DNA from: Camelus dromedarius
Taxonomy: Eukaryota
DNA: 64,000 nucleotides
Direction of reading: 5' to 3'
Assembly (NCBI RefSeq): GCF_036321535.1
Contig: NC_087437.1
Location: 1,488,001 to 1,552,000 of the forward strand
Part shown: positions 51,249-62,600 of the stretch, piece after piece
Numbering within the stretch: the first letter of the stretch is position 1
How the letters are laid out: the number at the start of each line of letters is the position of its first letter
Notes under the pieces: model-generated
The model's input: only the letters and a program-made list of their open reading frames with translations
Databases searched by the model: none
What the model was told of the DNA's origin: nothing
Translations under genes and position numbers: made by a program

Positions 51249-51706
51249 AGTCATGCCTTGGTAACCATGGGGCACTGGTCCCAGGACTCCACACACATGA
51301 AAAAATCCATGGATGCTGACGCCTCTTGTAGAAAATGACATAGGACTTACATGGAATTACATGCATCCTCCCGTGTACTTTATTTTTTACCAAGAAACAT
51401 TTTATTTTTCGAGTTATACTCACTTACAGTGTGTCGAATTCCAGTCTAGAGCAAAATATTTCAGTTATACATGAAAATATGCATACATTCATTGTCACAT
51501 TCTCTTTCGCTGTGTCCTCCTGTGTACTTTAAATCATCTCTAGATGACGCGCGGTATGAAAGGCAACGTGAATGCTGTGTAAGCATTTGCCGGTGTGTGG
51601 CAAGTTAAAGGGTTGCTTTTTGAAACTTTCTCTTTTTTTCGAATATTTTCAACCCACAGTTATTTGAATCAGCTGGATCGGGAGCCCCTAGATACAGAGA
51701 ACCTCC
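51249..51706 (+). mobile_element. MER2/Tigger-type relic with nested L1 3' end and TSD (copy 2)
   Basis: TSD tcctcccgtgtacttt (51366-51381) and tcctcctgtgtacttt (51515-51530), followed by 'aaatcatctctagat'. Confidence 0.8.
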
Positions 51707-54700
51707 AAGCCCGTCCCACCTCCAAAATTTCCACTGGAAGCACTGAAGGAGACCAAAGACAGGAGAAGAGCGCACTCTAGTGGCTGAAAACGCTGAGGAA
51801 TTACTTCAGCATATGCAGCGCAGGAGAGAAGGTTTCGGGCAGACTAGTGCAAAAGGAGGGCCCGCCTGGACAGGAAGGAGGAAGGACGGCAGTGGAAGCC
51901 AGCTCGCACCCTTCCTGGAGCTAGCTGGTAGCCGTGTGGGACACCGAGGAACTGGGGACAAGTCACGTGGGTGGCAATCCTGGCCGCCAGGTGCAGGGTT
52001 CACACAGCAGGCACCCAGTTTGCAGGATCAAAATGGCAAGGAGTGGGGGTGGGGGGAAGGAACTGCCTCAGCACCGGGATCCTGACAAGGGCCTGAGCGC
52101 CACGACCTCAGCTGATGCGGCTGCCCTAGAAAGCCAGAAAAAGGAAACTCTGAGGCAACATATTGCAGATTCCACCGAAGCCGCACGGAGAACTAGACCT
52201 CTATTCTGACAGAATGGAAGCATCAGAAAAAGGAATCTTCCCTTTTCTCTTCATTTTGAACTTTGGACAGGGAGCCATGCTTCTCTGACAGAAACCATCT
52301 TTACTCTGTTAGAGAGATCCACTTTTCCAGGAATAAGCATGGAGAAAAAGAGTACGGTGATGATTTAGCAGTTCAAAGCGGAAGCCCATCTGAGAAACGG
52401 TACAGACATGCTTCTCAATGAAGCTGAGTTATGGCAAAAAGCAGGAGGAAGGTTAAGGTAACCTCTCTTAATATTCAATCAGCAGACAACAAGCTGGAAC
52501 TTAAAGGCAGAACTTTCAATGAGGATTCTTTTGATTTTTTTTTTTTTTGGATATGAAAAACAATACCGTATTTTAAAACAGAGCTTGGGGACCTAGATAC
52601 GAAGAGTTTTGTAGAGTGTTGAGGCTGAGAGTTGTTGATGAGGAGAACATAAAGCTGCGTATAGACAGGTAAGGGATCAAAGTCCACTGATTGAAAAATA
52701 ATTAGCCAATCATGTGTCCATTAGATTGGGAAAGAAGTGAGTAACTCAAAAATGGGAAAGACATGGGATTAAATAGCGGTAGTGAGCAATTACATCCAAG
52801 ATGTTTATGCCTCTATTTTCATTGTGAATGTAACAAAATTAAAGCAACTGTCTAAAAAGCAGTAACTGTAGCGCGTGCGCACACACACACACACACAATT
52901 GGGAAGAGCAGAGAGGTAAAATATGCTCGATGTATCATGATTGAGAAACAAGATCTAAAAGATTATTTCGTTTTTGAGACTGTTATAGCAATACTGGCCC
53001 AATTACATATAAAGCCATGAAATTAAAGATGATTTATACAAAATTAGAGCGAGTTTTCATTGAAAGGCAATATAGCTTCGAAATCATTGAAGAGAACATT
53101 AACCTCAAAAAAATTAATCAATCCAGCTAAGATGGAGTAACGGAGACCATAGTTACCAACCTCGAATATACACCAAAATGGATAAAATATATGAAGCAAT
53201 GATTTGGAAGACATGTGAAAACGATCATCCACTAGGACCTCGTCCTGCCTCCTCCATAACAAGGGTGCTAGGCCTCCTACCTCCACTATCAAGGATGAAC
53301 ACCAGGTGGCGACATTGACTCCCTCTGCTCCTGCGGCAGAGCCAGTCCTGATCAGTCCAGTTCCAGGATTTGTCAGGCCGCTCCCAGAAGCGCTCTCGTG
53401 GGCCTTGGTCCCTTTTAGCCACCAGCAAAGGGATCGAGGATGAGCAGTGAGCCTCCTTACTCATCGAAGAACTAGGAAGCTATCAGATTTGTGAGCAGCC
53501 CTTTACCCTCATCTGCTGTCTGGTACTCTCAACACGACTTGCAGAGTCCGTGGATTGGGTAGCCTGCACGCTGGCCCTGGCCCATCAGAATCTGTTCCCC
53601 TGGCCGAGAGGCCACACGTGGTCGTGAGCAGAGCTCCAGGCCTCTGGAGCCGGGCCGCTTGGACTGTGTCCTGGCCCTGGGCTCGTGAGCTCCATGCCCT
53701 TGATTGAGTCACTTAAAGTCTCTAAGCTACATTCCTCATCATTACAATGAAGGCATAATCAATATGGAGGAGAAAATCAGAATCAGGGGGGACTACATTT
53801 CTGGTGATTGAAGATTATTTTCATCTGGAATTATACAGTGAGGGATACCATACAATTTTTACTACTTCAGACTTCTAAGGGACAGCTTCTACTATTCTTC
53901 AAAATAATGCATGCACCTACACCAAAACACACGTGCACACACACTGACTCTGATCCACATACATCCCCACGCACACACACGTGGAGTCATGGACCACACT
54001 CACACCCATAACATAAAAACAACCACACACGTCCCCAGGTGCACTCGAGAGCACACACACACACATGTCACACACACCTTTGGTGTCATTCTAAATCAAC
54101 TTACAATCGAGGGTCTCAGTGTCCATTGTTTCATCCGCTCAAAAGCTCCTGAATTCGGAGCAGGAATCAGCAGCCCCTCCCCTCTAGAGATGGTCTTTGC
54201 CACTTGCAGTCTCAGCAGAGCCAAAAGAAAAGCTCTGGACCTTTGGAAGTGCAGGGCCAGAGCATACATGGGAGTTCCCATCCTATGTAGGTCAACATTT
54301 TAAGTGCACTCAGTTCTAAACTCCTGCCTTTACAACTACACATTCATTAGAAGGGGGAAGGCCAGGCTCAACTTTAGAATTCCCAGACTCAGGGGAGTCC
54401 CGCAAAGAAAGTGCCAGTGTGGGGAGAGCCAATTCCCAGTCTCTGACCACTAGGCTGACCCTTTTCTTCCCAATGCTGGGTCCATCCCATGCCCCAAGGG
54501 GACTTGTGTGTGCACAGGGGGACCTGCAGAACTCACATCCGGGCTCTGCCCATACCCTCCATGCCAACAGTTGCCCGTTGGCCTCCCTGTGAGTCCTGGG
54601 GAGATGACTCCGGGGAGAGCCGGTGCAGAAACTATAAGTACCACAATAAAGGTGTTTTAAAAAAAAGAGAGATGGGCTGCTTTGTGTCATATGTTTCTAT

Positions 54701-57700
54701 GTGTCATCCGGGAGGCCTCAAGAGAGCGGTGCTGGCCTTCCAGCCAACATGATGGCATAAAGCCCGAACGATCCATCGGTGGGAAGAAAACAAGAGCCCT
54801 GGCAACATCTGGACCCCAAGCTTAGACATGGTGCGTGGGTGACATTTATCGACAATCCGGCGAGGTTCCGGCCAGAGCTATAGGCCGGGGCAGCAAAGCG
54901 GGAGCGGCACTAAGGAGCATGGTGGCGCAGAGGCTGGACTGGGGGCCCGCAGGCTCCTCCCGGGAGGAGCCTCAGAGTTTGGGAGGTGGCTATCGTGCAT
55001 GCTTCATGTCACCAGCGAGTGATGCAACCTGCGGACAATCAGCTGGAATCCTCAGCCGGGTCAGCCCTAGGTGAGGCGCTAAGGGCTCCTAGCATAGGGG
55101 ACGCCAGATGGACAGTGAAACAAGCAAAAGGCTGCTGAGTTTGGGGCTTGTATTTCTCGTGCTTTCCATGTCACACTGCATTTCAGTGTCACCCGGAGGA
55201 ATTGTGGCGGTGTTTGAGGCTGATGACCTCTTGGTTCCTCATCACACTGGCAAGCCATTCAGTCCTCTCCAGCCAGACATTGGCAAGCGCCTTCCCTTGT
55301 TCAAACAAAAGCCTTCCCACCCTCGCCTGAGGGGAGTTTTGGTTTTCTTAATTGATGGGAATGACGATATCTTCCAGCCTCCTCAGGCCCTTCCTTAGGG
55401 CTTCTTCCCTTAGACCCCGGCAAGGGATTCCTCCCCCACACTGCTGCCTTGGGTCCTGCACTACCGAGGGTCCTTCTGGCCCTGACACTCGCTCTGGCCA
55501 TGCCCTGCACAGGCTGGAGTCAGCAGGGCCAAAAGGACACGCCCATTGGCTCCAACCCATGCTCTGGAAACACAGGACCACGAATGCTCTTCCCCAGCAG
55601 TCCCTGACCCACTTCTAGTGTCTGCACCGGCTCTCGCCAGAGCTCAGCTTCCCAGGGCTCACACAGAGGCCAACAGGCAGCTGTTGGCATGGAGGGTATG
55701 GACAGAGCCTGGATGAGAGGAATGAGTGTCCACCTGTGCAACTAATAGGCCACTTGGGGCATGGGATTGATCCAGCATTGGGAAGAAAACGGTCAGGCTA
55801 GTGGTCAGACACTGGGAATCGGCTCTCCACACACTGTCAATTTCTGGGTGGAACTCCCCAGAGTCTGGGAATTCTAAAGTTGAGCCTGGCCTTCCCCCGT
55901 AGAATGAATGTGTCATTGTAAAGTCAGTAGTTTAGAACTTATCGCACTTAAAATGTTGACAAATATACGATGGGAACTACCAGATAAGCTCTAGCAATGC
56001 ACTTGCAAAGGTCCAGAGAAGTTCTATTGACTCTGCTGAGACTGCAAGGGGCAAAGAACATTCCAAGAAGGGAGGGGCTCCTGCTTCATGCTCCGGAGTC
56101 AGGAGCTTCTGAGCGGATGAAACAATGGACACTGAGACCCTCGATTGGAAGTTGCTTTAGAATGACGCCAAAGTTGTGTGTGACCTGTGTGTGCGTACGC
56201 GCTCGCGTACACCTGGGGACGTGTGAGGTACGTGACAGTGATTTTGCGTTTGTGTGTGCGCCTGAGGACGTGGGAGGATGTGTGTTATGATATGTGTGTG
56301 TGTGGGTCACATGACTCCGAGTGTGTGTGTGGTGATGTAGGAGCAGCAGAGCAAGTGTTTCTGGATGTGTGTTTGGGTGTAGGTGCATCCAGTAGTTTTA
56401 AGAATAGCAGAAGCTCTCCCTTAGGAGTCTGAAGTAGTAAAACTTGTATGGTGTCCCTCACTGTATAATTCAAAATGAAAATAATATTCAATCACCAAAA
56501 TTATTCTCCACCCCAACCCGATTCTCATTTATTACCCGATATTGATTCTGTCTTCATTTTACTGATGGGGAAACTAGCTTAGAGATGTTAAATGACTCAG
56601 CCAAGGGTATGGAGCTCGCGAGCCCAGGGTCAAGACGCAGTCCAAGTGGCCCAGCTCCAGAGGCCTTGAGCCCTGCTTATGACCGGGTATGGAATCTTGG
56701 CCGGGGGAACAGATACAGATGGGCAGGGGCCAGCGTGAAGGCTGCCAAAGACACGGATTCTGCAAGTTGTGTTGAGAGTACCAGACAGTAGACGAGGGTA
56801 AAGGGTTGCTCAGAAATCAGATAGCTTCCTAGATCTTCGTTGAGTAAGGTGGCTCACTGCTCATCCTCGATCCCTTTGCTGGTGGCTAAAAGGGACCAAG
56901 GCCCACAAGAGTGCTTAAGGGAGCTGCCTGCCGAAACCTGGAACAGGACTGCTCAGCACTGGCTCTGCAGCAGGGGCGGAGGGAGGCAATGTCGCCACCT
57001 GGTTGACATACTAGGTAGAGGCATTAGGAGGCACAGCACCCTTGGATTGGAAGTGGCAGGAGGAGACCTTGGGGACGATCGTTTCGACGGGTCTTAAAAA
57101 TCATTGCGTGATATTTATTATCCATCTTGGGGTTTACTGTAGGATGGTAAATATGGTCTCGTTACTCCTTCATAGCTGGATTGATGAATTATATTTGAGC
57201 TTAATTTTCACTTCAGTGATTTGCAAGCTACATTGCCTTTTAAGTATAAATCTCTCTAAGTGTTTATAAATCATCTCGAAGTACATAAATCTGTATGTAA
57301 TTGGAACAGTATTGCTAAAAGAGCCTCAAAAATGAAATCATATATTAGATCTTGTTTCCCAATCATGACACATTTAGCATATTTAACAACTCTGCTTTTC
57401 CTAATGGTGCATGTGTGTGCGCTCGCGAGATACACTTACTGCTTTTTAGACAGTTCCTTTAAGTTTGTTACATTCACAATGAAAAGAAAGTTATAAACAT
57501 TTTGGATTTCATTACTCACTACCACTACTTAATCCCATGTCTTTCCCATTTTTGAGTTATTTACTTCTTTCCCAATACAAAGGAGACATGATTGGCTAAC
57601 ATTTTTCGAGCAGTGGACTTGGAACCCTTCCCTGTCTATACGCAGCTTTATCTTCTTGCCATAACTTGGCATCATTGAGAAGTATATTTTTAACATTTCT

Positions 57701-58384
57701 CAGACTTGCTTCCGCTTTGAACCACTAAACCGTCACCGCACACTTTCTCTCCATGCTTATACCTGAAAAAGTGAGCTCTCTACTGAAATAAAGTTGCTTC
57801 CCGTCAGAGATGTGTGGCTCCGTATCCAAAGGTCCAGAAGAAGAGAAAAGGAAAGATTCCTGGCTCCGAAGCTTCCATTCTGTCAGCTGAGAGATCTAGT
57901 TATTCGTGTGCCTGGGGTGGATCCTGCAACTACTTGCCTCAGAATTTCCTTTTTCTGGCTTACTAAGGGAGCCACATTAGCTGAGGTCAAGGCACTCTGG
58001 CCCTTGTCATGATCCCAGTGCTGAGGCAGCCACTTCCCCCCACTCCCACTCCTTGTCATTTGGATCGAGCAAACTGGGTGACATCAATGCAAACCCTGAT
58101 GGCGGCCAGGATTGCCCCCCCACGCGACGTGTCCCCATTTCCTCGGCATCCCTCACTGTTACCAGCTATCTCCCGGAAGGGTACGAGCTGGCTTCCACTG
58201 CCGTCCATTCTCCTTCCTGTACAGGCTGGCCCTCCATTTGCGCTAGTTGGCCCGAAAACTTCTCTCCTGCGCTGCTAACGCTGACGAACTGCCTCAACGT
58301 TTCCAGCCTCTAGAGGGCGCTCTTCTCCACCCTTTTGTCCCCTTCAGTGCTGACAGTGGAAATTGAGCAGGTGGGAAGGACTTG

Positions 58385-58850
58385 GGCGTTCTCCGTATCT
58401 AGGGGCTCCCGATCCAGCAGATTCAAATAAGTGTGGGTTGAAAATATTCGGCAAAAAAAACAGAAAGTTTCAAAAAGCAACACTTGAATTTGCCACACAA
58501 CTGCAACTGCTTCCATATCATTGATGTTGCCTTACATACCACTCGTCACTTAGAGATGATTTAAAGTGCAAAGGAGGACACAGTGAAAGATAATGTGACA
58601 ATGAATTTATGAGTATGTTCGTGTATAACTAAAAAATTGTGCTCTACAATGGAATCTGACACAACATTGTCAAATGACTATAACTCGGTGAAAAAAAGTT
58701 TGTATGTAAAAAGTAAGTACACGGGAGGTTGCGTGTAATTGCATGTAAGCCCTATGTCATTTTATACAAGAGATGTCAGCATCCATGGATGTTGGCAATT
58801 GTGTGGATTCCTGGGACAAGTGCCCCATGGTTAACAAGGGATGAGTGGAG
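58385..58850 (-). mobile_element. MER2/Tigger-type relic with nested L1 3' end (copy 3)
   Basis: Reverse complement of the copy-2 element; L1 piece at ~58579-58714. Confidence 0.72.
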
Positions 58851-59049
58851 GACCAGGCTCCTCGTCCCAGCCTGTCATGTCCCTACGTGGTCTGAACACT
58901 GAATGAGCCACACTCCCCTTTTCACCCTCCTCCAGGCCTGCCACACTGCCCTCTACTTCTGGAACAGTCCAAGCTCACTGCACTTCATGTCTGACCTCTA
59001 GAATTACCTGTTGTTTTCTGAGCACGGCCCTGCTTCAGAAAGGCGGCCT

Positions 59050-59687
59050 GCATTGCCGCTAGAGAAGACAGGATGTGGGTTCCTTAAAAAACTACAATTG
59101 GTGTTACCTTATCATCCAGCCTTCCCACACCTGAGGATAAGTGAGGAGGAACCTCTAATTCAAAAAGTCACATGCACCTCAATGCTCACAGCAGCCCTAT
59201 TTATAACAGCCGGGACGTAAAACCAAGCCAAACGTCCATCAGCTGGCGAGTAGATAAAGAAGTAGTAGCCTATATATGCCATTGAATACTACAAAGCCAT
59301 GCAAAAGCATAAAACAATGCCTTTTGCGGCAACATGGACGGACACAGTGATAGTCATTCGGAGTGAATGAAGCCAGAAGAGAGAAAAATGCCGAAGGATA
59401 CCACTTCAATGCGGAATCTAAACAAAAGACAGAAACGAACTTAACGACCAAAGAGGAACAGACCCACATACATAGAGAAACAAACTTACAGTTACCAGGG
59501 CGGGAAGCGGGTGGGAAGGGGTAAATATGGGAATTGGAGAATTGCCCTTCTCGCAGAGTGATGGAAATGGTAGCTATCTTGATGGTGGTGATGGTTTTCT
59601 GGGTGCAGACGTCTATGAAAATTCATCAAATACTACAAGTGAGATGTGTCTAATTGATGGAAGAGAAATTGTACCACAATAAAGGTG
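59050..59687 (+). mobile_element. Same composite L1 fragment in unit copy 3 (inverted)
   Basis: ORF 59011..59220 contains FLKKLQLVLPYHPAFP...QKVTCTSMLTAALFITA. Confidence 0.88.
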
Positions 59688-62600
59688 TTTTAAAAAAAGA
59701 GAGATGGGCTGCATTGTGTCGTATGTTTCTATGTGTCTTAAGGGAGGCCTCAAGAGTGCGGTGCTGGCCTTCCTGCCAAAACGATTGCATGAAGCCTGAA
59801 CGATCCATCGATGGGAAGAAGATAAGAGCCGTGGTCACATCTGGACCCCAAGCTTAGACATGGTGCATGGGTGACATTTATCGACAATCTGGAGAGATTC
59901 CGGCCAGAGCTAAAAGCAGGAGCAGCAAACCGGGAGCGGCACTAAGGAGCATGGTGCCGCAGAGGCTGGAATGGGGGCCCGCAGGCTATTCCCAGGAGGA
60001 GCTTCAGAGTTTGGGAAGTTTCAAACGTGCCTGCTTCATTTCACCAGCAAGTGAAGCCACCTGTGGACAATCACCTGGAATCGGGAGCCGGGTCAGCCCT
60101 GGGTGTTGCGCTAAATGTTCCTAGCAGTGGTGGCACCAGACGGACAGTGAACCAAGCAACAGGCTGCTGAGTTTTGGGCCTGTGTTTCTCGTGCTTTCTG
60201 TGTCTCACTGCATCTCAGTGACTCCTGGAGGAATTGCGGCGGTGTTTCGAGGCTGATGGCCTCTCGGTTCCTCATCAGCCTGGCAAGCCCACCAGCCATC
60301 TCAGGCCAGAACTTGGCAAGCACCTTCCCTTGTTCTAACAAAAGCCTTCCCACCCTCACATGCATGGAGCTTTTGTTTTCTAAATACTTGGGAATGATGA
60401 TACCTTCCAGGCTCCTCAGGCCTTTCCTTAGGGCTTCTGCCTTTAGACCATGGCAAGGGGGCCCTCCCCCACCCCGCTGTCCTGGGTCCTGCACTACCGA
60501 GGGCACCTCTGGCCCTGACACTCCCTCTGGCTAAGCCCTGTATGGGCTGGATTCCGCAGGACCAAGGGCACACGACCATTGGCTTTACCACATGCTCTGA
60601 AAACACAGGATGCCGAATGCCAAGCCCCAGCAGCCCCGGAAACACTTCGAGTGTCTGCACTGTCTCTCGCCTGAGCTCAGCTTCCCAGGATTCACACAGG
60701 GGCCAACGGGCAGCTGTTGGCATGAAGGGTATGGACAGAGCCCAGATGTGAGAACTGAGTGTCCCCCTGTGCACCTAAGAGGCCACTTGGGGCATGGGAT
60801 ACAACCAGCATTGGGAAGAAAACGGTTAGGCTAGTGGTCAGACACTGGGATTCGGCTATCCCCACACTGTCACTTTCTGCTAGGGACTCCACTGTTTCTG
60901 GGAATTCTAAAGTTGAACCTGGACTTCCCCCTTAGAATGAATGTGTCATTGTAAAGGCAGGAGTTTAGAACCTACCGCACTTAAAATGACCAATATACGA
61001 TGGGAACTAGCAGATAAGCTCTGGCCCTGCACTTGCAAAGATCCAGAGCAGTTCTGTAGGCTCTGCTGAGACTGCAAGGGGCAAAGAACATCTCCAGAAG
61101 GGAGGGGCTACTTCTTCATGCTCCAAAGTCAGGAGCTTCTGAGCAGAAGAAACAATGGACACTGAGACCCTCGATTGGAAGTTGCTTTAGAATGACGCCA
61201 AAGGTGTGTGTGACGTGTGTGTGCGTGCACGCTCGGGAGCACCTTGGGACGTGTGAAGTACGTGAGGGTGAATTTGCGTGTGTGTGCGCCCCTGAGGACG
61301 TGGGTGGTTGTGTGTTATGTTATGGGAGTGTGTGCGGCACATGAATACGAATGTGTGCGTGGGGATGTATGTGGGGCAGAGCCAGTGTTTCTGCACTTGT
61401 GTTTGGGTGTAGGTGCATGCAGTAGTTTTAAGAATAGCAGAAGCAGTCCCTTAGGAGTCTGTAGAAGTAAAACTACTATGGTGTCCCTCACTGTATAATA
61501 CAAAATGGAAATAATCTTCAATCACCAGAAATATACTCACCCCCACCCCGATTCTCATTTTTTCCCCGATATATACCCTGTATTCATTTTATTGATGGGG
61601 AAACTAGCTTAGAGATTTTAAGTGACTCAGCCAAGGGCATGGAGCTCGCGAGTCCAGGGACATGACGAGGTCCAAGCGGCCCCGCTCCAGAGGCCTGGAA
61701 CCCTGCTCACGACCGCGCATGGCCTCTCGGCCGGGGGAACAAATTCTGATGGGCAGGGGACAGCGTGCAGGCTGCCCAAGCCACGGACTCTGCAAGTCGG
61801 GTGGAGAGTACCAGACAGCAGACGAGGGAAAATGGCTGCTCAGAAATCAGATTGCTTCCTAGACATTCGATGAGTATGGAAGCTCACTGCTAATCCTCGA
61901 TCCCTTTGCTGGTGGCTAAAAGGGACCAAGGCCCACGAGAGCGCTTCAGGGAGCTGCCTTCCGAAAACTGGTACAGGACTGCTAAGGACTGGCTCTGCAG
62001 CAGGAGCGAAGGGAGGCAATGTCGCCACCCGGTGGACATCCTGTGTAGTGGCAGTAGGAGGCTTGGCACCCTTGGTATGGAGGTGGCAGGATGAGGTCCT
62101 AGGGGATGATCGTTTCCACGGGTCTTAAAAATCATTGCTTCATATATTTTATCCATCTTGGGGTTTTCTGTAGGATGGTAAATATGGTCTCAGTTACTCC
62201 TTCTTAGCTGGATTGATGAATTTTTTTAACGTTAATTTTCTCTTCAGTGATTTGGAAGCTATATTGCCTTTTAAGAAAAATTCTCTCTAAATGTGTATAA
62301 ATCATATCCAAGTTCATAAAACTATATTTAAATGGACCAGTATTACTACAAGAGCCTCAAAAATGAAATCATCTCTTAGATCTTGTGTGTCAATCATGAT
62401 TCATTTATCCTATTTTACCACTCTGCTCTTCCCAATGGTGCGTGTGTGTGCGCGCGTGATCTACACTTACTGATTTTTAGAGAGTTGCTTTATGTTTGTT
62501 ATATTCACAATGAAAATATAGGTATAAACATCTTGGATTTCATTAAACACTACTACTACTTAATCACATGTCATCCCCATGTTTGAGTTATTTACTTCTT

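Larger units (their letters stand above)
50412..54639 (+). repeat. Macrosatellite copy 2 (forward, truncated by the inversion junction)
   Basis: Matches copy 1 up to 'ggtgcagaaactataagt' (equivalent to ~49464), then the sequence switches strand. Confidence 0.93.
54640..59687 (-). repeat. Macrosatellite copy 3 (reverse subfamily, ~5.03 kb)
   Basis: Reverse complement of the copy-1 unit. 'gtaccacaataaaggtgttttaa' occurs at 54638 and again at 59671 (period 5033). Confidence 0.93.

Noticed and set aside
26900..54639. One 27.7 kb inversion explaining both strand switches
   Set aside because: Reversing the segment co-orients all repeats, but the inversion would have had to bring satellite next to satellite and macrosatellite next to macrosatellite by chance. 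The two breakpoints share no homology, so independent events are simpler.
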